Shown here: one piece after another, positions 1 to 10,351 of the stretch
Layout: every line of letters begins with the position of its first letter
Position numbering within the stretch: the stretch's first letter is position 1
Assembly: GCA_965649115.1 (NCBI GenBank)
Contig: CBFGJN010000010.1
Span: 1 to 43,683, forward strand
Reading direction: 5' to 3'
DNA from: a candidate division WOR-3 bacterium
GTDB lineage: Bacteria; Hydrothermota; Hydrothermia; LBFQ01; DSFT01
DNA: 43,683 nucleotides
Notes under the pieces: generated by a model
Database searches by the model: none
What the model was told of the DNA's origin: nothing
The model's input: the letters and a program-made list of their open reading frames with translations, nothing else
Translations under genes and position numbers: made by a program

Positions 1-254
1 TAAATTGAAAGCTTCATAATCACTCTCTATTCCACCAATCCATATATTTGATTTTATTGGTATTATTTTAACTTCATATTCTTTTAATTCATTTATAGGT
101 TCAACTTTAATAATTGAAGTTATTGGAAAGCCATGAAAATAGTAAGCTTTTTGAGTATTAAAACTGAAATTACTTTTAAAAATTTGTGGTCGTAAAAAAA
201 TTATTCCAATTAACGAAAAAATAAAAAATTTTAAAAAAAATTTTTAAATTTCAT
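1..254 (-). CDS. Hypothetical exported/membrane protein, 5' part only (runs off window); apparent 1-nt frameshift in a T8 run just after the start
   Basis: ATG 254-252 overlaps the upstream TGA (ATGA) but hits TAA after 7 codons. One extra T in 233-240 gives MKFKNFFLKFFIFSLIGIIFLRPQ...GGIESDYEAFNL, open to base 1. Confidence 0.55.
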
Positions 255-2117
255 GGAATTAGAACTTTATGTGAAATTTTTCCAGATTTTATTATATAAA
301 TTCCACTTTTGATTTTATAAGCTTCGTTTTCTCTTAAATGATAAATTTTTCTACCATTTATACTATAAATTGTTCCATCTCTTTTATCTCTCCAAATGAT
401 TGTATTCTTTTTAATTTCAAATTTTAAAACTTCTTTATATTTTTCATTATAACTGGTTGTTTTATATTTTATTCTACATTCAGAACGATAATTTAAATTA
501 TTTGAGTTTATAATATAATTCTTTAATGCATGAAAAACATTTAAATTGGTAGTTTCAACAGATATTATGTTCGGTGTTAGTAAGCTTGAAACATATAAAG
601 TATATATGCTTCCTGCAACTGCTGTGTCTAGTAATTCTAAAAATATAATTATTTCTATATTTTACCCACCCACCCTAAATTCAAGGCTTCGCCTTTAAAA
701 TACCCATATTTCGGCTATGGGGGGCTCCGCCCCCCTTAAAACCCCCACCAAAATTAATAATTTTCTTAAAATTTTTATAAGTTATTGATAATCAAAGACT
801 TAACAATAATTACTAGACAAAGCATCCTGCAACTTTATATATTTGTGATGTATCAATGGAAATATCCGAAACTTCCATTGGAACATTTGGAGTAAATTGA
901 TATGTAAATCCTGATACTTGAACAATAGGAATAGAACCTCTTATAAGTTGAGCAAATCCAATAACATTATATATATCAGCACCTTTTATAGTAATTTTGT
1001 AAATTCTTGAATTATAAGCATTTTGATTATCAAATCCATAAGGCATTACTTGGAATATATCATCTGATGTAATTTTTCCTTTATATAATGGATAGACAAG
1101 AACATCTGTTTCAATTACTGCTAAATCGGAATTTGTTTGAAATCGCATAGCATCCGCTACTAAATTACCAGTAGGAATATCTATACATCCAATAGAATCA
1201 GGTGAATTTGATATAGTCTTATCTATTGATTTTATTGAGTCATCATATATGTTTCCAAACTTTGAATAGATTTGAGTTTTTATATTGTTCAATGTATCAA
1301 TCATATATTGACTTATATTTGAGCTATTTAAAACATCAATTAGTTTATAATCAATAGGTTTATTATTATTTAAATTCCATAGAATTTTCCCAACAACTTT
1401 AAAGTGCTCATATGCTTGAACAACATATGTCGTATCATTATTTGAATTTCTAAACTTCCAAATTGTATCTATTCTTGTGTGTGAATGACCACCAATTATT
1501 AAATGATAATTCGTGCTTTTAGCTAAGGTTGTATCTAAGTAAGCTCCAAGGTGAGAAAGAATAATTTTTAAATGACAATTTAAGTTATTGAAAGTATCTT
1601 GATATATTTGTGCTGTTTGAATAGGATCCTTAAATTTTATTGGTTTTTGATATGGATTAATATCATTAAATTCCGTAGTTGTTAAACCAAGAACGCAAAT
1701 TTTTTTTGAATTTATATTAAATATATCATAAGGCTTTATTCTTGTTTTTAGGATATGACTTGTAGTATCAATATTAGCAGATAGTAAATAAACATTTTCA
1801 CTTAATAAAGCATTATATAAACTATCAGGTCCTGCGTCAAATTCATGATTTCCAAGAGTAATAGCATTTACTCCAAGCAATTTTAAAATTTTTAAATCAA
1901 TTCTTCCAACACTTGCATTAAATGGAAAGTCTCCACTTGAATAATCACCTGCATGAAAGAATAAATGTTTTGGATATAAATTTTTTAAGCTGTCAGTAAT
2001 GTAAGCAAGTCTTATAACAGATGGATAAAATCTCTTATTATCATTTGTCCAAGGTCCAAAAGGAAAAATTCTTGAATGACTATCATTTAAATGTAAAATT
2101 AATAGTGTATCTATCAT
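251..2117 (-). pseudogene. Bifunctional metallophosphatase/5'-nucleotidase with T9SS-type C-terminal domain, interrupted by a MITE (restored length 550 aa)
   Basis: Motifs HLNDSH, AGD, GNHEFD, GGHSH, GNLVADAMR. Removing 620-824 plus one 9-bp duplication joins ...IYKVAG to SIYTLY...IYSINGRKIY...SGIYIIKSGKISHKVLIP* in frame (stop 253-251). Confidence 0.9.
620..824 (+). mobile_element. MITE, full-length copy (205 bp)
   Basis: Terminal inverted repeats TGCTGTGTCTAGTAATT / AATTACTAGACAAAGCA (16/17). 9-bp target duplication TCCTGCAAC at 611-619 and 825-833. No transposase ORF. Confidence 0.95.
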
Positions 2118-4099
2118 TTTATCCCCCTTGCTTCAAGTTGTTGTATTCTTGCTTGACTTATACTTTGAATTTGTGGATTTTGAGATTCTATTGCTTTCTT
2201 ATAATAATTATAAGCATCTTTTAATTTATTCATTCCAAGTAAAGCTTCTGCCTTTATAAATGCTATTTCTGGTGTTTCCTTTGAAATTTTTGAAGCATTT
2301 ATATAAGCATTTTGATAATCTTTTATTTTCAAATAACTTTGTGCTTTAAGAAGGAGTGCTTGATCAGAATTATCATTAGCAAGTAAATTTATAACCTCAT
2401 TATATGAGCCTCTTTTGTATAAATCATATATTTTCTGATATTCCTTTTCTTTCAATAATGCTTGACTCTTTATATTTAAAGAAAATAATTCGGGTTTATC
2501 AGACAATAACATTTTTGAAACTGATAAAGCCTTATCATAAAATTGACTATTTGGATAGTTTGCTAAAAGTTCGTCCCAATATTCAAGAGCTTCTCCTGGA
2601 TAATTTAAGTAATAAGCGCTAACACCTGCCATGTATAAAATAATATCTTTATCTGATTTATAACCCTTACTTATATACTGCTTTGCATATTTTAAAGTTC
2701 TATTGTAGTCCTTTTTCTTGTAGCTTAAATCAATTATTGATAAAAGGACAATTGAATCATTCGGATTGTTAAGTAAGTACTTTTCAAGATTATTTATAGC
2801 ACTTAAAGTGTCACCAGATTTTAATGAAGCAATAGCAGATATTCTATTATATAAAGGATGGTTTGAGGGTAAGTAATTTACATACTCGGGATATTGGTTT
2901 AAAATAGCTATTAATTTTTGTTCTGCCTCCTTTGAAAATTTTTGTGAATTCAATAATTTTGAATAATAATTTGCTGAATTTGAAAAATCAGAAATTCCCA
3001 GATAGGCGTTTGCCAAGAAGTAATAAGCAAGTTCTTGATTATCCCTATCTAAATTATTTAAATTTACTTTCTTTAAAACATTTATAGCATTTTGATAATC
3101 TTTTTCATCAAGATAAATTGCAGAAAGTGGTATAGCAACTTTTTGAGCTAAGGTATCATTTGGATAAAATTCTATAAACTTTTCAAGAAGGGGTTTTGCA
3201 GTAAAGTAATCTTTACTTTGATAGGCTTTTATTCCTGGATTATATAATATAAAAATTGCAGCAGTTCTACTTTTTCTTAGTAAATTTTCATTTGTTATAA
3301 GCCTGCTTCTATATTGTTCAGCTATTTGAGCAATTCTTGCTTCTGCTTGCTTTGATATTTCAGAATTAGGGGCATTATCTATAACTTTTGTAAGAGCTTC
3401 AATAGCATCATCAACTTTGTTTGAATTCATATAAATATCATATAAAATTAATGATGCTTGACCAATAACTTCTTCATCTTTTGCTTTTTCAATAACTTTA
3501 TTTAGATATTCAATTGCTTTTTCCTGTTCTCCTGATTGAAGGTAGGCTTTCGCAAGAACCAAAAGACTTTTCTGTCCCCATATTGTATTTGGATAATTAT
3601 TGAAAACTTCATTAAACTTTTGTTCAGCCTTTGCTCTATCACCACTTTCCCAATATATTGCTCCTTCTAAAAAGTTAAGTTCAGCTAATCCTTCTTTGTT
3701 TGTAATATATAAACTTTTAGCAAGTTCTACATTTTGAATTGCTCTATCAAATTTTTTATAAAAGAACCAAACAAAAGCAAGACCAATTTTTATTTCTAAT
3801 TGTTGTTCTGGTGTTTTTGCTAAAACAGAAGCTCTCTCAAAGAAATCACTTGCTTCAAGAAATCTATTTATTCCTATATAGCTCCAAGCAATTCCAGAAA
3901 GAACTCTGAATTTTTGTTCATCAGTATAAGCTCTTTGAAGTTCCTTCTCGTATAAATTGGAGGCTTCTGAAAATCTTCCTTGATAATAGAGTCTATCTAT
4001 TTGAGAATATGGGTTGTTAGGATTTAAATAATTTTCTTTAAAGGGTCTTAAAGGTTCTCTATTCGTGATAATTTGACCTATTAAAAATAGAGAAATCAT
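2114..4099 (-). CDS. Tetratricopeptide-repeat protein (BamD/YbgF-like repeats)
   Basis: 661 aa with repeated TPR patterns such as 'FNEVFNNYPNT', 'FIEFYPND', 'LLANYPNSQF', 'AYYFLANAY'. Confidence 0.85.
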   Translation of the reverse strand: MISLFLIGQIITNREPLRPFKENYLNPNNPYSQIDRLYYQGRFSEASNLYEKELQRAYTDEQKFRVLSGIAWSYIGINRFLEASDFFERASVLAKTPEQQLEIKIGLAFVWFFYKKFDRAIQNVELAKSLYITNKEGLAELNFLEGAIYWESGDRAKAEQKFNEVFNNYPNTIWGQKSLLVLAKAYLQSGEQEKAIEYLNKVIEKAKDEEVIGQASLILYDIYMNSNKVDDAIEALTKVIDNAPNSEISKQAEARIAQIAEQYRSRLITNENLLRKSRTAAIFILYNPGIKAYQSKDYFTAKPLLEKFIEFYPNDTLAQKVAIPLSAIYLDEKDYQNAINVLKKVNLNNLDRDNQELAYYFLANAYLGISDFSNSANYYSKLLNSQKFSKEAEQKLIAILNQYPEYVNYLPSNHPLYNRISAIASLKSGDTLSAINNLEKYLLNNPNDSIVLLSIIDLSYKKKDYNRTLKYAKQYISKGYKSDKDIILYMAGVSAYYLNYPGEALEYWDELLANYPNSQFYDKALSVSKMLLSDKPELFSLNIKSQALLKEKEYQKIYDLYKRGSYNEVINLLANDNSDQALLLKAQSYLKIKDYQNAYINASKISKETPEIAFIKAEALLGMNKLKDAYNYYKKAIESQNPQIQSISQARIQQLEARGIK

Positions 4100-4136
4100 A
4101 GTTTCAAAATTTTAAAGGATTAAAATTGGTGTATCT

Positions 4137-4470
4137 TGCTGTGTCTAGTAATTCTAAAATTATTTATTTTACTATATTTTCCCCACCCACCCTAAATTTA
4201 AGCCTACGGCTTTAAAATGCCCATTTTTCGGCTGTGGGGGGCTTCGCCCCCCATAAAAACATTGGACAAAGCAATAGTGTGTGCTTACTGTGTCCAATAA
4301 TTCTGGAAGTATAATTATTCCCATATTTTTCATATCCACCCTAAAAATAAGCCTTCGGCTTTAAAAACCCTATATTTCGGTAGGGGGCTGTCGCCCCCTT
4401 TCAATAACCCCCATATAAGATCAAATTATATATTTCCCCGCCCACCCTATATTCAAGGCTTCACCTTTTC
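4137..4470 (+). mobile_element. Cluster of MITE copies: internally deleted copy 4137-4273, degenerate copy from 4286, fragment about 4425-4470
   Basis: Same left end TGCTGTGTCTAGTAATTCT, CCCACCCACCCTA, AAGCC-N4-GGCTT-type and G6/C6 hairpins, right end GGACAAAGCA. Confidence 0.88.
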
Positions 4471-4524
4471 TTTATGTCAATTATTTATTGGAAAAAGCAA
4501 AGACAACTTTAAACTTTTAAAACC

Positions 4525-6588
4525 ATGTTAAATTATCTCTTAATTAGTTTTTACTTTTCAAGAAGCGTTTCAGCTGTTGGTGGAACTCAAAGCATATTTA
4601 CAAATCCTGCAGGTTTATCAAACTATTACTCATCTTTCATTTTTTCTTATAATCTAAAAGACTCAACATATTTCTATGGATTGAATTTAAATGGAATAGG
4701 AATTTTTAAAGATAAAATTAGTTCAGTTTTTGCTTTTTCAACTTCATTTAAAGGATTATCCATAGGTTTTGATTACAATGATATTCTGAAAAATTTAAAT
4801 TTTGGACTACTTTATAGACCTTTAAATTTTCTATCTTTTGGATATTACAAAAACATTTATTCACTTACCATTAGACCAATAAATAAAAGCATTATTGAAT
4901 TATCAATTGATGCTTATTATAAAGATACATTTAGTTTAAAGAATGCTTCAATCGGAATAAATTTAAAGAATTTTCTAACTTTTGCTAATTATGAATTTGA
5001 TAGGAAGAATTATTCCTTTGGAATAAGCTTTACACTTGAAAATATATTACTTTCTGCTAAAAATGATAGTAATATCTTATTTGAATTAACATTTGAAAAA
5101 TTACCAAGTTATTTCAAAACAAAACATTATATGAAAATTGATGTAAAAGATTATAAGGAAGATAAAGTTCCATATATAACAAAAAACTTTTATGAATTTA
5201 TTTCGGATTTAAATGAGAAAGTAAAAGACGCTTCAATAAAAGGTTTTATATTGAATTTATCTAACTTAAATTTAAATTTAGCACAAATTGAGGAATTAAG
5301 AGAATTGATAAAGAAATCAAATAAAGAATTCATTTGTTATGCTGACAACTACGATTATAAAAGTTATTATTTGGCAACTTCATGTAATAAAATTCTTATA
5401 AATAGAAATGGAATAATAACATTTTCTGGATTTTATATGAAAAGGACTTATTACAAAGAACTTTTTGATAGTCTTGGAATTATTCCACAATTTGAACATT
5501 ATGAAGAATACAAAAGTGCTATTGAGCCTTATGTTAGAAATAATGCAAGTGAATATGATAGGGAACAAAGAGAAAGAATTTTAAAATTAACTTATGAGAA
5601 AATTAAAAAGGATATTTTAAGTTCAAGAAATATAGAAAATTTAGATAGCTTATTCAATTATGGAATTTTTATAAACTCAGACTTAGCTAAAAAACTAAAA
5701 TTAGTAGATGATATTGTTTATGAAAATGAATTCTTAAAAAATTATAAAATTTCAAAAGAAAAAAATTATATATCTTATGAATGGGAAAATCAATTTAGAC
5801 CAAAAATAGCCCTCGTATTTTTAGAAGGACCAATAATTGATCAGGATATTTATAATGTTTTTGATAAAAGCACAACAATTGGGCTAAATGTAATTAAGCT
5901 TTTTGAAAAAATAAGAAATGATAAATCAATAAAAGCGGTTGTTATAAGAGTAAATAGTCCAGGTGGCTCTGCATTTACAAGTGATTTGATTGCAAATGAA
6001 ATTAAAAAATTAAGTAAAGATAAGCTTGTTATTGTTTCTATGGGAAGGGTTGCTGCAAGTGGAGGATATTATATAAGTGCTTATGCTGATAAAATTTTTG
6101 CTGACAATTTAACAATAACAGGTTCTATTGGTATTCTTGGAGGAATTTTAGCATTAGAACCATTTTATAAAAAGAAATTTCATTTAAATTTTGATGTTTT
6201 TAAAATTTTTGAACATTCCGATGTTTTTAGTGGAAGACCTCTTGATAGTTTAGAATTAAAATTCTTAAAGGAAGAATTAAAATATGGTTATGATAGATTT
6301 TTAAGTGTTGTTTCAGAAGGTAGAAAAATTAGTATTGATTCATTAAAGAAGATAGCGAAAGGTAGAGTTTGGATAGGAATTGATGCAAAGGAAATTGGAA
6401 TTATTGATACAATTGGAGGTTTATTATCAGCTATAAACTATGCTAAAAGTAGATTTAAAAATGCTGAAATTGTTATTTATACAAGGAAATTTAATTTTGA
6501 TTATAATCCTTTTCCATTTTCAATAATTTTTAGAATGCTAAAAGATAAAATTTTATATTACGATGATTGGTTAATTACTGCCCCCTAG
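4525..6588 (+). CDS. sppA: Signal peptide peptidase SppA (protease IV, S49) with N-terminal beta-strand-rich extension
   Basis: YKSAIEP, RVNSPGGS, SMGRVAASGGYY, TGSIG, GRVWIG. Confidence 0.92.
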   Translation: MLNYLLISFYFSRSVSAVGGTQSIFTNPAGLSNYYSSFIFSYNLKDSTYFYGLNLNGIGIFKDKISSVFAFSTSFKGLSIGFDYNDILKNLNFGLLYRPLNFLSFGYYKNIYSLTIRPINKSIIELSIDAYYKDTFSLKNASIGINLKNFLTFANYEFDRKNYSFGISFTLENILLSAKNDSNILFELTFEKLPSYFKTKHYMKIDVKDYKEDKVPYITKNFYEFISDLNEKVKDASIKGFILNLSNLNLNLAQIEELRELIKKSNKEFICYADNYDYKSYYLATSCNKILINRNGIITFSGFYMKRTYYKELFDSLGIIPQFEHYEEYKSAIEPYVRNNASEYDREQRERILKLTYEKIKKDILSSRNIENLDSLFNYGIFINSDLAKKLKLVDDIVYENEFLKNYKISKEKNYISYEWENQFRPKIALVFLEGPIIDQDIYNVFDKSTTIGLNVIKLFEKIRNDKSIKAVVIRVNSPGGSAFTSDLIANEIKKLSKDKLVIVSMGRVAASGGYYISAYADKIFADNLTITGSIGILGGILALEPFYKKKFHLNFDVFKIFEHSDVFSGRPLDSLELKFLKEELKYGYDRFLSVVSEGRKISIDSLKKIAKGRVWIGIDAKEIGIIDTIGGLLSAINYAKSRFKNAEIVIYTRKFNFDYNPFPFSIIFRMLKDKILYYDDWLITAP

Positions 6589-7332
6589 AAAAAGTAAATA
6601 TAATATGTTTAGTATAATATCAGAGGGACAATATGTTCTTCCACTTTCATATCTACATTTAAATAAACCATCTCCTCCAAATCCCAAACCAAAATTAAAA
6701 ACAGGAATAAGTTTTTTATTAGCTTCAAAATAAACAGGTAAAAATCCAACTTCAAAATTAAATCTTAAATCAGGTGTTTTAGACCTTCTTTCAAAATAAA
6801 TGTTTATATTACTTCCAAGACCAATAAAATGATAAAATCCACTTCCTATATTCCCCAAGGGTTTAGGATCTAAGAAATCTTGAAAGTAAGGATGATAATA
6901 TAACTGATAAAATATAAAAGGTTCAAAATATCTGTCTATTTGCCACGAATAAATAGCATCAACTCTCGCTCCTACTGATTTACTAAAAAATGGGTCGTAA
7001 AATAAATAAGGAGCCAATAAAAGTTCATTTTCAACCCCTTTAATTTTCTCTTTATATAAGTCAAACCTTAAAAATGGACCCATTCCTGCACCAAATATAG
7101 CAAATCCAACATCAACACCATTATAAATACCATAAGCAAGCGCAAAGCCAAGATTTGAATATAAAGCATAACCCATTTTTTCAATATCTTGTCTATCATA
7201 TGGATTAGCTGTAAATTGAATAGAAGCACCAACAGACACATCTAAATTGCCTTCTCCAAGCGTTTTTGGTCTTTGATAAATTCCAAAAAAACATCCATTT
7301 GAAAAAATTAAAATGATAAAGATCCTTTTCAT
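6571..7332 (-). CDS. Hypothetical protein, probable lipoprotein/outer-membrane beta-barrel
   Basis: MKRIFIILIFSNGC lipobox-like start, alternating aromatic/Gly strands; ATGA-coupled to paaD. Confidence 0.6.
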   Translation of the reverse strand: MKRIFIILIFSNGCFFGIYQRPKTLGEGNLDVSVGASIQFTANPYDRQDIEKMGYALYSNLGFALAYGIYNGVDVGFAIFGAGMGPFLRFDLYKEKIKGVENELLLAPYLFYDPFFSKSVGARVDAIYSWQIDRYFEPFIFYQLYYHPYFQDFLDPKPLGNIGSGFYHFIGLGSNINIYFERRSKTPDLRFNFEVGFLPVYFEANKKLIPVFNFGLGFGGDGLFKCRYESGRTYCPSDIILNILYLLFLGGSN

Positions 7333-7775
7333 CTTATCTTTTCAAAAGGGTTTTTACAATCATTACAATAATATATCATTCTACACTTGGTAGGTCCAAA
7401 TTCACTTTGTAAAATAACATTTTTTGAATTACAATAGGGGCAAGCTTCTTCATCAGGAGGACATATTCCAGCATCTTTTAAAGCTTTCCTTCCTTTTGGT
7501 GTAATATCGGAACTTTTCCAAGGAGGACTATATATCCATCTTACTTCATAATTTTTTATTCCCATTTCTTTTAAATCATTCTCTATACTTAATTTTATTA
7601 ATTCAAGAGCGGGACAAGAAGAATAAGTTTTCCTTATCTCAATAATAATCTTTTCATTATCAGTTTTTATATCATAAATTAATCCAAGGTCTAAAATTGT
7701 AATAGTTGGAATTTCTGGATCTCTTATCTTTGAAATTTTATCTAATATAATAGACTTTAAATCACCACTTTGCAT
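7329..7775 (-). CDS. paaD: 1,2-phenylacetyl-CoA epoxidase subunit PaaD (formerly PaaJ)
   Basis: DPEIP..ILDLGLI, TYSSCPA, SPPW...ITPKGRKAL...GICPP, CPYC, SEFGPTKC...CNDCKNPFE. Confidence 0.92.
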   Translation of the reverse strand: MQSGDLKSIILDKISKIRDPEIPTITILDLGLIYDIKTDNEKIIIEIRKTYSSCPALELIKLSIENDLKEMGIKNYEVRWIYSPPWKSSDITPKGRKALKDAGICPPDEEACPYCNSKNVILQSEFGPTKCRMIYYCNDCKNPFEKIR

Positions 7776-8493
7776 TTGGCTCTATCCTATAAACTTCTGT
7801 AAATGTGCTATAAAACTTTATAAATTCCTCGCTTTTGTTTCCATTTCTTGAAGATTTTAGATTTTTGACATAATTTAAAATTTCTTCTTTACTTGGAAAA
7901 TTGTAAAAATTAAATTGATTTTTTATGCTTTCGTAAAATTTTTCAAAATGTTCTTCATAACTTATAGGAAATAACGAAGAATTATAAATACTCAAAATAT
8001 TTTCATCTGCTTCAAAAAGACTAAACAAATCAAAAATAAATTTATTTAATGTTTCTGTTAAAATTTCAATTCCTTTTTCTTTTTTTGAAATTCTATCAAT
8101 AAAAACTCTAAAATGTTTTAGGTGATAATTTTCTTCAAGAATAATTTTTTCAGCTCTTGATTTTAATTCATAATTGCTTGAATTTAAAAGTGCTGAAATC
8201 CTAATATAATCAAACTCATCGTAAAACAAATGTCTAATCAATGTAAAAATATAATCATAATTTTCAAGCTCTAATATGTAAGCGTTTCTAAATAAATTTG
8301 GCTCTCTTCTATATACGAAATCATCAGGATTTCCAATAATTTCATAAAACATTGATGCATGTGCAATTTCATCTTGTGCTATTGAAGATAAAGCCAAATC
8401 TTCTTCTAGAAATGGTCCTAAACCAGTCCATTCACAATCTCTATAACCTAAAACTAAATCATCATCTGCTAAATAAAATATAAGATCATTCAC
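7762..8493 (-). CDS. paaC: 1,2-phenylacetyl-CoA epoxidase subunit PaaC
   Basis: LADDDLVLG.R..EW.G.GP.LEEDLAL..IAQDEIAHA and EENYH, ferritin-like fold signature; GTG start. Confidence 0.9.
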   Translation of the reverse strand: MNDLIFYLADDDLVLGYRDCEWTGLGPFLEEDLALSSIAQDEIAHASMFYEIIGNPDDFVYRREPNLFRNAYILELENYDYIFTLIRHLFYDEFDYIRISALLNSSNYELKSRAEKIILEENYHLKHFRVFIDRISKKEKGIEILTETLNKFIFDLFSLFEADENILSIYNSSLFPISYEEHFEKFYESIKNQFNFYNFPSKEEILNYVKNLKSSRNGNKSEEFIKFYSTFTEVYRIEPNAKW

Positions 8494-8521
8494 TTTTAAA
8501 ATTTTAAAGGATAGAAAAATT

Positions 8522-8565
8522 TAGTTTTTTCGGCAAGGGGGTTAACGCCCTTATAAAACCCCTAT
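8522..8565 (+). repeat. Short internal MITE remnant
   Basis: TTTTTCGGCAAGGGGGTTAACGCCC...AAAACCCC matches the hairpin region of the element. Confidence 0.55.
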
Positions 8566-8583
8566 AATTCTAAAACTATTTAA

Positions 8584-9225
8584 TTAAAATTTCATAGCGA
8601 CACTTAAACAAACAATATCATTGTACCCTAATTCATTCAAAACTTTAATAGCACTTATCATTGTTGCTCCCGTTGTGATAACATCATCAATCAAAATAAT
8701 TTGGTAATTTTTATATTCAGGAATATCAATACCTATAAATTTATCCTTTGAGTTTTCCCATCTGTCCTTAACCTTCGTTTGACTGATTTTATAACTTGTA
8801 GAAAACAATAGTTTTTTATATTCTAAATTTGTTAATTTTGATAATTCATTTGCAAGAAAATGCGTGTGGTCAAATCCCCTTTCTCTTATTCTTGCTTTAC
8901 TTGTAGGAATTGGAACAATTATTGCTTTCTCCTTAAATAGATTATTTTTTTGAATTTTATGTGCCATCAATTGAGCAAAAAATTTTCCAACTTTCTGAAA
9001 ACCATTATATTTGAAACTTTCTATAAGTTTCTTTGTTCTGTCAGAATAGACAAAAACAGATATAGCTTTTGTAATTCCAAGACTTTTTGTTCTATCAAAA
9101 TCATTAAAATCTTTACTTAATTCAAAAAAGCATTTATTACAACACAAACCATCAGAAACCTCTTTCTCACAAATTAAACACATCGGTGTTATCATTATAT
9201 CCAAAATCATTTTTATAAAATTCAT
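8584..9225 (-). CDS. comF: ComF family double zinc-ribbon phosphoribosyltransferase-like protein
   Basis: CLIC/CNKC zinc ribbon, IVPIP...RERGF, ILIDDVITTGATM. Confidence 0.92.
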   Translation of the reverse strand: MNFIKMILDIMITPMCLICEKEVSDGLCCNKCFFELSKDFNDFDRTKSLGITKAISVFVYSDRTKKLIESFKYNGFQKVGKFFAQLMAHKIQKNNLFKEKAIIVPIPTSKARIRERGFDHTHFLANELSKLTNLEYKKLLFSTSYKISQTKVKDRWENSKDKFIGIDIPEYKNYQIILIDDVITTGATMISAIKVLNELGYNDIVCLSVAMKF

Positions 9226-9264
9226 ATTTAAAATTATTTTTTAAATTCTTAACAAATTCCAAAC

Positions 9265-9430
9265 GGCTATGTCCAATAATTCTAAAAGTCCTTATTTTTT
9301 CTATATTTTCCCACCCGCCCTATGATTGAGCCTTCGGCTCTACTTACCCATTTTTCGGCTTTTGTGGGGCTGTCCCCCCAATCACCTCCTCATTAAATCA
9401 ATAACTTTATTGAAAATTTTATAAGTCATT
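9265..9430 (+). mobile_element. Degenerate MITE copy lacking the right end
   Basis: GGCTATGTCCAATAATTCT, CCCACCCGCCCTA, GAGCCTTCGGCTC hairpin, G/C hairpin. Confidence 0.85.
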
Positions 9431-9460
9431 AAAATATATAATTTGGGGGCAGAATGAGTT

Positions 9461-10351
9461 TTAAAAAATTTTTTTGAAAAATTCATAAGCATTTCTATAA
9501 AAGAAGTTTTCTATTAATTCGTTTGAAAGATATTTTTTCAATAATTTATATAAATTTTTTAAGTGTTTGGGCTCACTTAAATTTTTAATTTGATTTTCTT
9601 TTGAAACACCAAAAAAATCACTGCCTATACAAATTGTTTTTGGAAATTTTTCAATTAATTTACTTATATATTTAGCAATGTCTTTTAATTTCAAATTTGA
9701 AAGGAAAATATCACCAAAAGCTATTCCAACAATCCCATTAACTTTTGAAATTTCATAAATCATATCCTCATTTAAATTTCGCTTTATATTTTTTAGTTCT
9801 CTTAAACCCGTATGTGAAACAAAAACATTGCTTTTAAACTCACCTATAACATCAAAAAATGTTTTATCGCTACAATGAGCCAAATCAATAGCAATATTTA
9901 ATTTTATTGCTTCATTTATTACATCATATCCTAAATCTGTTAATCCATAATCATTCTTACTATTCCAATGTGAGCATATTAAATTATCCTTATTCCAAAC
10001 AAGTCCTAAACTTCTTATACCAAGTCTATGAATTGTTCTAATTTCATATATTGTTCTAACAAAATAGAGTCCTTCAATTGCTAAAATTATGTTTCCACTC
10101 TTAAAATCATTTTTATTTTTAATAATTTTAAGGTGAAAGTTTCTCTCAATTTCATAAGCAATTTCAATACCCCTTAATGTATAAACTAATGGTTCTTCAA
10201 CATCGTAAAATTCATAAAATCTTCTAAATGGAAATATAGCAAATAGAAACTTTTCTATACCTATTTTTTTATAATTTTTTAGAATTTTGGAATTTTGGGG
10301 ATTCTCAATAATGTAATACAAAACATCTTGATGTAAATCAAAAACTTTCAT
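9461..10351 (-). CDS. Membrane dipeptidase (peptidase M19) family
   Basis: DLHQD, LAIEG, LGIRSLGLVWN, GLTDLG, IDLAH, SHTG, IGSDFFG. Confidence 0.9.
   Translation of the reverse strand: MKVFDLHQDVLYYIIENPQNSKILKNYKKIGIEKFLFAIFPFRRFYEFYDVEEPLVYTLRGIEIAYEIERNFHLKIIKNKNDFKSGNIILAIEGLYFVRTIYEIRTIHRLGIRSLGLVWNKDNLICSHWNSKNDYGLTDLGYDVINEAIKLNIAIDLAHCSDKTFFDVIGEFKSNVFVSHTGLRELKNIKRNLNEDMIYEISKVNGIVGIAFGDIFLSNLKLKDIAKYISKLIEKFPKTICIGSDFFGVSKENQIKNLSEPKHLKNLYKLLKKYLSNELIENFFYRNAYEFFKKIF

Noticed and set aside
786..796. FNR box in the MITE (TTGATAATCAA)
   Set aside because: Half-site spacing is 1 nt, not 4; better explained by two IHF-like sites.
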